From positions 18,317 to 82,316 of the forward strand of contig JBHHUC010000003.1 of assembly GCA_046861395.1 (NCBI GenBank): a stretch of 64,000 nucleotides of DNA, written 5' to 3'. Positions within the stretch are counted from its first letter, which is position 1. Every line of letters starts with the position of its first letter. This DNA is from Fidelibacterota bacterium (GTDB lineage: Bacteria; Fidelibacterota; Marinisomatia; Marinisomatales; JABMOV01). The notes under the pieces were generated by a model. That model searched no databases. It had not been told where the DNA came from and saw nothing but the letters and a program-made list of their open reading frames with translations. The position numbers were made by a program, and so were the translations under genes. This document shows, in pieces, positions 19,336-28,959 of the stretch.

Positions 19336-22300
19336 TTTATCACCCCAAACCGTCCGATTTTTTCCCCCAATTCCCCGGCATCCACGTGATACAGGTAGAC
19401 ACCGTAGGCGATGGGGAAGTTATCTTTTGTCGTCAAATCCCAATATTCCTTGCCGTCATCTATGGCGGAATGATGTTCCAATGTTTCCACCAATTCTCCG
19501 CTCAGGGTATAAATTCTGATAGTACAATCCTCAGGCAAGTGATTGAAGTACAACCGGCGCTGCCCCCGGTCAATCCGGTTTTGCAAATCAGGTTTTTCAA
19601 TAACATTCGTCACGACATAGGGATTGGGAACGACGGAAATGTTATCCAGCTCCCTTCTTGCCTTACTGTTGTCCACAAAGGAGGCGGCCGTGGTAAATGT
19701 AAATTTATCTTCGGACGTAAACGGACGGGTGGTGGCAATGTAATACACATCACCAGCACCTGGCAGTATCGTATCACCAGAAGCAGGATAATTCATTGTG
19801 AATTCCCAGCTGGAGGTGGATGTTTCATCACCCTGAAGTATAATGACCCGTTCTCCGGGATTCCATAAACTGTCGGCCGACCCCAATTCCAAGACAATCA
19901 TTTTCCGTTTTTCAGGAACCATCCCCTCTGATACTTCCCATATTTCGAAATTGGTTTTAATATATCCCTGACTGGGTCGTGAACTACTGTCAACCAGGGT
20001 GTCAAAAAACCGTACTTCATAGTCTGCGGGATATTTTTTATTCTCCACATTATTAAAGGGTTTAACCGTGACCACCAGGTTGGCATCGCTGGTTGACGTC
20101 CATCCCATCCGGGATGTATCCAGGGCTAGGATTTCGTCATGTACGAAGATTTTCATTCCGTCAATCAATGGATTGGACTCTTCATTGTTCAACAAGGTGC
20201 TGGCATAAACGCCATAATATTGATATGTAGCATAATAGGTCCCCAAATGAGTCAATGTTGAATCACCCAGGATTTTCCCCGCTTCGGCATTCAGGGTATA
20301 GGCAGTATCTATATTGCCGTCAGCATCACGCAGGACAAAAGTGCTATCAACAATATGAGTATTGGGCAGCTGCACATACTGCCCATGACGAATGGTGACT
20401 TCCGTTTCAATCGGTTTCATATCACGGATGTAATATGCAGTTGGATTTTCAGTGAATGAGATTTCGAATTCATTATCATCCTCTATTTTTCGTGGATCGA
20501 CGATTTCCATGACAATGTCACCGGTTCCTACGCCGCCGGTATGCAGTATGGCATCATTTACGATGGATCCGGTTACGAATCCGGCAGCCGGTGAGCGTGA
20601 TGTCACTTTAACTGTATTCACATCAAACAGGGTCTCATTCCGTTCCGGATCCACAGTAATCCTTTTCGAGCATTCCACCGGAGCTATTTTCAGAGAATCA
20701 TCGCCATGGTCATACGAAACAACGGCATAATAATATTCCTGTCCGTTAATGACATTATTCGAATCCACGAATGTATGACGTATTCCGGTGTTATTCCCCA
20801 AATTGTAAAATACACCACGGCCGGTGTACGGTACGGTACTCAGTCCGGAATATTCATTGTCCAAATCGAACCTGGCCGGGGCACCGGTGGCCATCGTCAG
20901 CGGTTCAAACAAGAACCGGGAACCGTTGGCATCCGTAATGGTCTGTTGATCCAGAAACTGGGGATCTGTACTGCGATAAATCACGTATCCTTCGAAATCA
21001 TATTTCTCCGTCAGAGGATCCAGCGATGATTCCGCCACATCATCCCAATATAGCATGACTTTTTCATCTCCTGGAACGGCCACGACATTCGGTTTTTCCG
21101 GTGGTTTGGCAAATTCATAATTCCGTTCGTAAATCTCCTGCGCCGTCAGGGCATTCAGGGTCAAATCTTCGAAAGATTGTCCCACCAGCAAAGCAATGGA
21201 AAAGCGACGGGCTTCACCAGCCGGAAAATCAAATGGTCCGGAACTGTAAAGGAAAATATAATCCCCCGGAGTGTTGGAATTGGAAGTATCAAATTCCCCT
21301 GGGGTGAGAAAGTTGGTATAAAAATAATCATCATTGCGGGCGGCATTCTGAGCCAGGAAAGGCGGAGCCTTAAATCCGGTGAGTCCCACCATATCCGCTT
21401 CATCCAAATCGGTCCATTCAAAATTCGGTTCACCAGGAATTCTGATATCGAACGGATCGCCGGCCGTGGGCATACCGTCCCCTTCACCGGCATCTCCTGT
21501 ATTGGGCAGGCCGTCCAGCCCCACATCATCTTTATCTATATCCCAATCGCTATCGTTGTCAATTCCATCACTGCGACTTTCATCTATCATACCGTCATTG
21601 TCATTGTCAATGCCGTCATGTGGGTCACCGGGGCTTTCCAGAAATTTATACCCGAAATATCCGGGAGTTTTCCCGGCCACATCGCTCAGCCCGTCGGCAT
21701 CCCAAGCATAGACCATGTTGATATCACGGTCAAAAAATGATAGATCGTCGGCCCAGTCCGAAGGTCCTCCGATATGCGGGTCGCCCCACATCCCGAAGAT
21801 AACATTCTTGAGTTCTTTTTCACTTTTATTGGTCACCTTATAGATCAGAAATATAATGTCCTCTGCCAGAGGATTGGACCACTGGTAATAGCGACATTCA
21901 ATTTCCACGCCCAGACCCAGGCGGGATGAATCGGACGGAAAGGGATAATATTCAAATTCCCGGTTATTCCGGTCGTCAATGACGAAAAAGGCTTCCAGAT
22001 CGGCGTTTGATGACCCTTGGCGCAATGCTCCGGGCCATTGGTATTCCTGTAAATTCGGATTATACCACCCGGCCGGCCAGCTGTCCGGTTTTCCATCCCC
22101 GTCCCGGTCCACATCACCGGACGTGGGTAAATGATCGCTATTGGGATCCGCATAGGGAACACCGAGATCACTATGGGCCAACGGGTCCCAACCCCAGAAT
22201 TCGGTATTGTCGGGAGAAACTTCCGGATAAGATACAAGACCTTCACTGATTACCCTGGCAACCCAGACGGTATCGCCCTCAGCCGTGACAACAGGATTCC

Positions 22301-22739
22301 CATTTTCATCCAGTTTAATAAAGGCATCCTGATGGCTATGGGGTGCGACTTCGACCTCGGCAGCCACGATTGGTCCGAATTCATAGCCATAGCCCAGGCC
22401 TTCCCATACAATATCGGTGATTCGATTGCCGGGACTTGAAATGGAACCATAATTCCAGATTTCCGATGTAATCTTATTTCCGTTGATAATGGCCCATTGA
22501 CGACGAAGGGTTTGACTATCCTCCAGCGTTCTGCCCAATTTCAATGACAACTGTTCCAGCCAGGACATATATCGGTCATAATCCCGATCCGACCATTCTT
22601 TATTCACTCCCTGAGCATAATATTCCGGACTACCTTTGTGAATTCGTTTATTCTTCGCGCTGAGCGGCCCGGACATTATAGTCGCAATAAACCCGATCAG
22701 GACTAGAACGCAGATAATATTTACACTTTTTTTCATCAT
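19332..22739 (-). CDS. Large exported protein with acidic Ca-binding-like repeats, an FN3-like domain and a VVPNPY-type C-terminal domain
   Basis: Signal peptide; DGIDNDNDGMIDE repeats; PP..P...A.PGD..V.LYWD..FEGY.IYRS; C-terminal VVPNPY..F.HLP..CTIRIYT..GELV..GVY..FGVIK. Confidence 0.8.
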   Translation of the reverse strand: MMKKSVNIICVLVLIGFIATIMSGPLSAKNKRIHKGSPEYYAQGVNKEWSDRDYDRYMSWLEQLSLKLGRTLEDSQTLRRQWAIINGNKITSEIWNYGSISSPGNRITDIVWEGLGYGYEFGPIVAAEVEVAPHSHQDAFIKLDENGNPVVTAEGDTVWVARVISEGLVSYPEVSPDNTEFWGWDPLAHSDLGVPYADPNSDHLPTSGDVDRDGDGKPDSWPAGWYNPNLQEYQWPGALRQGSSNADLEAFFVIDDRNNREFEYYPFPSDSSRLGLGVEIECRYYQWSNPLAEDIIFLIYKVTNKSEKELKNVIFGMWGDPHIGGPSDWADDLSFFDRDINMVYAWDADGLSDVAGKTPGYFGYKFLESPGDPHDGIDNDNDGMIDESRSDGIDNDSDWDIDKDDVGLDGLPNTGDAGEGDGMPTAGDPFDIRIPGEPNFEWTDLDEADMVGLTGFKAPPFLAQNAARNDDYFYTNFLTPGEFDTSNSNTPGDYIFLYSSGPFDFPAGEARRFSIALLVGQSFEDLTLNALTAQEIYERNYEFAKPPEKPNVVAVPGDEKVMLYWDDVAESSLDPLTEKYDFEGYVIYRSTDPQFLDQQTITDANGSRFLFEPLTMATGAPARFDLDNEYSGLSTVPYTGRGVFYNLGNNTGIRHTFVDSNNVINGQEYYYAVVSYDHGDDSLKIAPVECSKRITVDPERNETLFDVNTVKVTSRSPAAGFVTGSIVNDAILHTGGVGTGDIVMEIVDPRKIEDDNEFEISFTENPTAYYIRDMKPIETEVTIRHGQYVQLPNTHIVDSTFVLRDADGNIDTAYTLNAEAGKILGDSTLTHLGTYYATYQYYGVYASTLLNNEESNPLIDGMKIFVHDEILALDTSRMGWTSTSDANLVVTVKPFNNVENKKYPADYEVRFFDTLVDSSSRPSQGYIKTNFEIWEVSEGMVPEKRKMIVLELGSADSLWNPGERVIILQGDETSTSSWEFTMNYPASGDTILPGAGDVYYIATTRPFTSEDKFTFTTAASFVDNSKARRELDNISVVPNPYVVTNVIEKPDLQNRIDRGQRRLYFNHLPEDCTIRIYTLSGELVETLEHHSAIDDGKEYWDLTTKDNFPIAYGVYLYHVDAGELGEKIGRFGVIK

Positions 22740-22757
22740 AAAATCTTTATCTCCAAT

Positions 22758-25538
22758 TTAAAAATTCATTGCAATGCCCAAGGTAACCAGGCGGGGAGAG
22801 CGATAGAAATTCGGTCTGGTCTGGTATTCTTTCCAGGTATGAATACCCGGCTCCCCATAATGGTTCTTGAAAGCATCGGTTTCCTGTTGGGACTGATTGA
22901 CAAAGGTATATCCGGCTCGACCCGTATCGTTAAACACGTAACGCTCATTGCGCCGGTCGAACAGATTATATATTTTGGCGAAGATGCTGTAGTGTATGCC
23001 AATTATCTTCAGTGATTTATTCATAAGCAGGTCAACGGATTGCTGCCAAGGTTTGCGGCCGCTATTTGGATCAGGGTTGATGTTCTGCAGTTCCGTATAT
23101 TTCGGATAATCCGGTGTATAGGGCCATCCGCTGGATAGTTTGGTAATTATGCTGACGCTCCAGTTATTCGGTTCACTGAACGTCGTAGTAGCATTAATAA
23201 TGTGGGACTGGTCCCAACTAAGCGGTACAATGTTTTTTTCTTCTTCTATCCCGGAAATCGCATTCAGGAAAAAGGACCCACTTTCCACTGCATTACCGTC
23301 CGTGACCTGATACGTGTAATCGAGAAAAGCTGAGAGTTTCGTCACGGGGTCCCGGGCTTTTGTGAGGCTGAAAGTAAATCCTTTTACTGTGCCATAATCC
23401 TTGTTCAGATAAATACTGTATGATTGGGGACCTGACGGGCCTTTGTATTTAATTGTCTGCGATGCCAATAAATCGCGAATATCCTTGTAAAAAATATTTG
23501 TTTCAATGGCCAGGGTCGGAGTGAGTTGCTGCTGCAAACCGAATTCATAGGTAACAGTTTTTTCCGGGTTCAGATCAGCATAGCCGAGCAGCGGTGATCC
23601 TGATACACCAATGATGGGTTCCCGGAAAAGATAGCGAAGCGTGGGCATTTGATAGAAATGGCCATAGGAAAAATGGAAGATACCCTGATCGGTAATGGGT
23701 AATGCCACCCCAATCCGCGGTGACCACATTTGTTTCGGTTTCGCTATTTTCCTTTCTCCGCTGGGATTCAAAAGATCCGCAATGTATTCCGCATTCGGAT
23801 CGAATGAATCATAGCGCAATCCAATGTTCATGATGAAGTTCTGATATTCCAGCTTATCCTGCACGTACCCGGAAATAAACTTGGCTGTCTTGTTATAATG
23901 GCTGTGGCTGGAGGTCGAATTTTCCGGAAGAATGGTCGGGATACGATACTTTACACCATCGAACAGGATTGTGAAAATGCGTTCATCCAATTCGTCGATC
24001 CGATAGCTCAAACCAGACTTCAATTCATGTCGGGGATTAATCTGACTGGTAATATCGAACTTTCCCCCCTTTGACAGGGAACTGCGGTAACTATGGGTAC
24101 GCTCCGTCCCACCGAAATTGAAAGTAGCTGAACTGGGTTGTCCAAATATCCTCAGTGATTCATAATAACCGTGGTTGTACAATTCATATTGTTCCCTACC
24201 CAAAGAATCAAGCGTCGCCACGATGTAGAATCCGGTACGATCCGGATCAACGCTGGAATATGCCTTATCAAGATCAATAGGGTCCGAGTAATAATGTTTG
24301 TAATCCGTGTTACCGGAAAATACATTTAATTCGTAAAAGGTTTTGGCACTGAGAGCGTGATTGAATTTCAGAGAATAATTATTGTTGTTTGATTCCTGAT
24401 CACCTACGCCGTCAGGATTGTATTTATAGCTGTGGATATAACTCTTGTAATTACTTCTCCCATGTAAATATTGTCCGGATATTTTAATCATGGGAGAAAT
24501 TTTATAGGTAAGCTTAAAGAGGATATCCGACCCTTGCGATGTATTCATGGGAACGATGCTGGAATCCCCGCCCATCTGATATTCATATTCACCGGAAATG
24601 GGGAAATAGGCCCAATCACCGGGCGTATGCTCCCGGACTCCATAATAATACCCCTGATTGTCCCGGTATTTTCCGGTCAGATTGAAGGTGATGCGGCGAC
24701 CTAAATTTATCACGGGAACAGGTCCATTCAACGTACCTTCAATAACATATCGGGCAGTGGGATTGACATCATCAATATTTAGATAAATATCCGTATCATT
24801 GGATATATAATCACCAGAATAGGCCGTCAGATTGCCATGATATTGTTTCCCACCTTCTTTGATCTGCAGGTTGACAACACCGCTCATGGCATTTCCGTAT
24901 TCGGCATTGAACGCCCCGCTGATAACTTTCATTTCTTCGAGAGCCTGGTTGGATACATTAATCGCCAGACTATTGGTAAAAAATGGATTGGAGACGGAAA
25001 CACCATCAATATAATACGCAACTTCATTATCGCGTCCACCACGGATATGCAAGGCACCATTGGCCCCCACATTCACGCCGGCCTGTGTTGTGAGTACCCC
25101 CAAGAAATTTTCCACGGGCATGGCCTTGATTTCTTCCGCCGTGGTTGTTTTTTGTGAAGCAGTCAAATCTTTCTGAATCATGGGGCGCTCCGCCACAACC
25201 GTTACTTCCTGGCCCTCCAGGACTTCAGGGGTCAGAGCAAAGTTTTGAATGGTTGTCTGATCCAGACTCACACGAATATCGGTTACTTTTATTGTGGTAT
25301 AACCGATATAGGTAGCTTTAACGTTATACGTCCCGGATGGTATGTTCAGAATGGTATAATTCCCATTTGCATCGGAGGCCGTTCCTACGGATAAATCTTC
25401 CACCAGGATATTTACACCGATTAGCGGATCATTCGTTTCAGCATCGATAACCCGGCCTGAAATCTTTCCTCCACCGGCATAACTCACGGTCATTCCCATA
25501 ACCAGCATTAAGAAGGGTAACCATTGTGTTTTTCTCAT
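22758..25538 (-). CDS. TonB-dependent receptor 1 (carboxypeptidase-regulatory-like N-domain, plug, barrel)
   Basis: GKISGRV.D..T..PL.GVNI; HIRGGR..E..YYIDG; GAFNAEYG..SGVVN; SYGHFYQ.P; L.PEKT..YE.G; C-terminal Phe. Confidence 0.93.
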   Translation of the reverse strand: MRKTQWLPFLMLVMGMTVSYAGGGKISGRVIDAETNDPLIGVNILVEDLSVGTASDANGNYTILNIPSGTYNVKATYIGYTTIKVTDIRVSLDQTTIQNFALTPEVLEGQEVTVVAERPMIQKDLTASQKTTTAEEIKAMPVENFLGVLTTQAGVNVGANGALHIRGGRDNEVAYYIDGVSVSNPFFTNSLAINVSNQALEEMKVISGAFNAEYGNAMSGVVNLQIKEGGKQYHGNLTAYSGDYISNDTDIYLNIDDVNPTARYVIEGTLNGPVPVINLGRRITFNLTGKYRDNQGYYYGVREHTPGDWAYFPISGEYEYQMGGDSSIVPMNTSQGSDILFKLTYKISPMIKISGQYLHGRSNYKSYIHSYKYNPDGVGDQESNNNNYSLKFNHALSAKTFYELNVFSGNTDYKHYYSDPIDLDKAYSSVDPDRTGFYIVATLDSLGREQYELYNHGYYESLRIFGQPSSATFNFGGTERTHSYRSSLSKGGKFDITSQINPRHELKSGLSYRIDELDERIFTILFDGVKYRIPTILPENSTSSHSHYNKTAKFISGYVQDKLEYQNFIMNIGLRYDSFDPNAEYIADLLNPSGERKIAKPKQMWSPRIGVALPITDQGIFHFSYGHFYQMPTLRYLFREPIIGVSGSPLLGYADLNPEKTVTYEFGLQQQLTPTLAIETNIFYKDIRDLLASQTIKYKGPSGPQSYSIYLNKDYGTVKGFTFSLTKARDPVTKLSAFLDYTYQVTDGNAVESGSFFLNAISGIEEEKNIVPLSWDQSHIINATTTFSEPNNWSVSIITKLSSGWPYTPDYPKYTELQNINPDPNSGRKPWQQSVDLLMNKSLKIIGIHYSIFAKIYNLFDRRNERYVFNDTGRAGYTFVNQSQQETDAFKNHYGEPGIHTWKEYQTRPNFYRSPRLVTLGIAMNF

Positions 25539-25627
25539 AACTTAGCTCTTTGTTGACTTTTTAATTGTCGCCATATATCAGTTTTGGTTGTACGAATCCC
25601 AACGTAAAGATGACGGGAGTAAGAGGA

Positions 25628-25658
25628 AGAAGCGCCACCCGGGGCGGGCGGCGCTTCT
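25628..25658 (-). terminator. GC-rich stem-loop between the FG-GAP gene and TBDR1 (partial terminator or mRNA-stabilising hairpin)
   Basis: Minus-strand RNA AGAAGCGCCGCCCG-CCC-CGGGUGGCGCUUCU gives a 14-bp stem with one G-U pair, followed by only a weak pyrimidine tail. Confidence 0.65.
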
Positions 25659-25669
25659 AATTAATGTTC

Positions 25670-28600
25670 CTATTTCAACAGCAACATTTTCTGGGTCTTT
25701 TTGAAATGACCCCATTCCAGTGAATATATATAAGCCCCACTGGCAACGGGTGTATCATTCATGTTCAACCCATTCCACTGCACTAGGTGTCGACCGGCGG
25801 ACTGAAATTCGTTATCCACCAGTGTTTTCACCAACTGTCCCATCATATTATATATCTTGACCGAAACCTGTTTGTCGATCGGAATGATATATTCGATAGT
25901 GGTGGTAGGATTGAAAGGATTGGGATAGTTCTGCTTCAGCTGGTAATCATCCGGCGTAATAAAGGCGTACTGATCCACGCCCACCACGTCAGTTTCGTTT
26001 TCCAACAGTATGAATGCCCAAGCCTTGGAGTTTTCAACCTCCGTCACCGTTGTGTCCCATCCACTGCCGTTCCAGGTAATATTCGTCGTTGTAATCGTTG
26101 GAGACTGTCCCTGGAAACTCACTAGTAATTCATTGTGTCCATCACCATCAAAATCGATGGGAGAGTCATTGAATTCCGCCTGCACCTTGGAAGCAAAAGC
26201 ACCAGAGTGCGTTTGTGATGTGGTCAGGATTCCCGCCGAATCAACGACAGTAATGGATGTGAACACATCCGGTTCACCGGCATACAACACCGAGGATGTG
26301 TAGCTGAACGGGTCCCTGGGATCCGTTCCAGTGAAGGCCGTGTTTACGACCGTCTTCGGATAGGATGATCCTGTAAAGACCTGATTGACACCATCGCCAT
26401 CCACATCGAATACGGAGGCATAAAAGGCACCGACACTTTCGGCGATTTTCACAACATGGGTCCCGTCTATTGCCAACACATCGTCACCAGGATTGTAATC
26501 GACGACATACAGTTCGCTGGTATAATAATCCGGGAAGAAGGCTTCATCGTTGTCATCACCGTCGATGTCACCAGCACCACCACCGAACAGGGAAACATGA
26601 TCGTCGGGATAGGTGGCCTGATAATAATTGGTACCGGTGGCAGGATCTGCTGCCACGTAGGTGTCAGGACCAGTGGAGGTGACATTATAGAAGTTGAAAT
26701 AATTCCAAGTATGATTTACCAACTCATAATTACCATCACCATCCAGGTCTGCCGGTAAGGAATGATATGGTGATCCACCGCCGTAGTCATTTTTATTCAG
26801 GAAGAATTCGCTGACCCAGGTTTCGAAACCATTACCACCGGCATTGTGCTCAATGTCACCATTAACCGATGTAATCAACGTACCCCGGGTGCTTCCCCGA
26901 CGGATCATGCTGATCAATTCCTCTTTGCCGTCACCATCGATATCAAAGATAGTGGTTCTTTCATGATCACCACGGAAAGAGGCTCCATCTCCGGCGCAGC
27001 AGGTATCGATTTCCACCATATTCACGCTGGAATAGGTATCGCCATAGTTGTCGCTACCGGCAACACCGTCCCATTCAAAAACCCACCAGCCTTCAAGGTT
27101 GGTTGTGGCACGGGGAAATACAATTTCCTGTTTCCCGTCACCATCCAGATCGCCTACACCGACTGTGCGCGGGGTTGAAGAATAATGGGCATTGGTATCT
27201 GCCGGTGACATCCATACCTGTTCAAAGACCTGGTTCACATCATCGTATTCAAATACATATACACGGTGTTCGCTATAGGCCGTGGCAATCACCTCCTGAG
27301 CACCGTCCTGGTCCATGTCCATACCACCGATAACCGTACGCGGAGTTCCACTAACGTCATCAAAGAAGCTGGAATCAGCCGAAGTATGGTTGAAGGTCGC
27401 TCGTAAGGTCCAGCCATCCGCCAGGGATTGCGCGGTGGATGGGTCATATTCCAAAACAATAATTGCAGGCTGATCAACTTCAGTGGCTTTGATATTCGTT
27501 AATACCACTTCCCGCAATCCGTCACCATCCAGGTCAACGGGAGAAATTCGAGGCGGATAATACCGGTCGGCATTACCTCCGACACTTTCAAAGATGGTCG
27601 TCCATTCATAATTGGTCGAATCGGACGGATCACCAAAACCCAAATATTCCACCCGGGCTACCATTTCTTCCGTTCCGCGGGAGCAGACAAAATCTGTTTT
27701 CCCGTCATTGTCAATATCGCCCATGCTGGCACCACGGCTGCGTCCGCCGAAAGCACCGACCTGAACAAAATCAGCTCCGGTCAAATCGGCCACACTGCTG
27801 TCCACATTATCCAGATAATACAGAATACCATCTGTCATGGGAAACCAGCCCTCGAGGGCGCCATCACCATCGGCATCGGCAAAATACATGTCGTGACTGT
27901 TGAAAGATCCGGGATCATTGGCCGCCGGGAAAATTTGGTTCAAATCAACCTGTAAGGAGTATGTATCAGGTCCGGAAGCTTCAAAAATCGCCATGCTGAA
28001 CATATCCCAGGTATTGACCCAGATTTCTTTGAACCCATCGTCATCGAAATCCACGACTTCCACGTCATAGATACCACCGCCACCCAGATCTGTATCATTC
28101 AAAAATTCTTCATTGAATGAAGCGAATTCATCAAAGGTGCTGGTAGCCAAGGAATGTACCGTCATACGACGGGCACCACGGTCGATTGATACCAATTCAA
28201 TATCGCCGTCTCCATCAACATCGTCCAATACAAATCCCGCCGGACGGAAGTTGTCCGTAGCGGCGTAACCATATTGGAAGATTATAGTCGGGGTCGATGG
28301 GAATGCCCCGGATGCATCCTGTTCAAATATATGCGTACCCCAAGTTGCATCATTGCTTCCGACAGCCGGTGGAATGCCAAAATAGATTTCATACAATCCA
28401 TCCTGGTCGATATCACCATAGGCTAATCCGGGTAATGAATTACCGGGGTCGGGAGATGTATAGTGCCACACATGTTCATACGAATCGTTCCCATTGTTTT
28501 CGTACAGGTAAACTTCTACCTGTCCTGGGTCCGGTCCGCCGGGCGCTAAGGTTTCATCCATTGTGAACAAGATTTCACGATGACCGTCACGGTCAAAGTC

Positions 28601-28783
28601 CATTCCAACCTGTACACTCCGTGCTCCATATCCATCCCGGGTAACAAAATTTGGATCGGTTGTCGGATCCAAACTCCAGGCCAGATTAAATCCGGCACTG
28701 GTGTTATATTGCGCAAAGGCACCGGAAATAAATAAAAGGAACAGGAATACATTCAACATTGGTATCCTTTTTTTCATTTTCAC
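25670..28783 (-). CDS. Secreted FG-GAP repeat (double beta-propeller) protein with FlgD-Ig/T9SS type-A-like C-terminal domain
   Basis: Signal peptide; many D.D.DG..E repeats; QNYPNPFNPTT..ASG.Y.Y..KMLLLK C-terminus. Confidence 0.87.
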   Translation of the reverse strand: MKMKKRIPMLNVFLFLLFISGAFAQYNTSAGFNLAWSLDPTTDPNFVTRDGYGARSVQVGMDFDRDGHREILFTMDETLAPGGPDPGQVEVYLYENNGNDSYEHVWHYTSPDPGNSLPGLAYGDIDQDGLYEIYFGIPPAVGSNDATWGTHIFEQDASGAFPSTPTIIFQYGYAATDNFRPAGFVLDDVDGDGDIELVSIDRGARRMTVHSLATSTFDEFASFNEEFLNDTDLGGGGIYDVEVVDFDDDGFKEIWVNTWDMFSMAIFEASGPDTYSLQVDLNQIFPAANDPGSFNSHDMYFADADGDGALEGWFPMTDGILYYLDNVDSSVADLTGADFVQVGAFGGRSRGASMGDIDNDGKTDFVCSRGTEEMVARVEYLGFGDPSDSTNYEWTTIFESVGGNADRYYPPRISPVDLDGDGLREVVLTNIKATEVDQPAIIVLEYDPSTAQSLADGWTLRATFNHTSADSSFFDDVSGTPRTVIGGMDMDQDGAQEVIATAYSEHRVYVFEYDDVNQVFEQVWMSPADTNAHYSSTPRTVGVGDLDGDGKQEIVFPRATTNLEGWWVFEWDGVAGSDNYGDTYSSVNMVEIDTCCAGDGASFRGDHERTTIFDIDGDGKEELISMIRRGSTRGTLITSVNGDIEHNAGGNGFETWVSEFFLNKNDYGGGSPYHSLPADLDGDGNYELVNHTWNYFNFYNVTSTGPDTYVAADPATGTNYYQATYPDDHVSLFGGGAGDIDGDDNDEAFFPDYYTSELYVVDYNPGDDVLAIDGTHVVKIAESVGAFYASVFDVDGDGVNQVFTGSSYPKTVVNTAFTGTDPRDPFSYTSSVLYAGEPDVFTSITVVDSAGILTTSQTHSGAFASKVQAEFNDSPIDFDGDGHNELLVSFQGQSPTITTTNITWNGSGWDTTVTEVENSKAWAFILLENETDVVGVDQYAFITPDDYQLKQNYPNPFNPTTTIEYIIPIDKQVSVKIYNMMGQLVKTLVDNEFQSAGRHLVQWNGLNMNDTPVASGAYIYSLEWGHFKKTQKMLLLK

Positions 28784-28959
28784 TCCGTTGTTAAGTTATA
28801 AACTCTGAGAGTTCGAATTATGTGAATACTGTATTTTAAGACTTATTTCCCCCAATATCATTAAAAAAAATACAATCTGAAATCCAGCCGCCCTGCTCTT
28901 CCGTTTTTTTCCACCCATTCCCATAGTAAGTTTTTTCAAATCATTTAGGGGTAAGTTTC

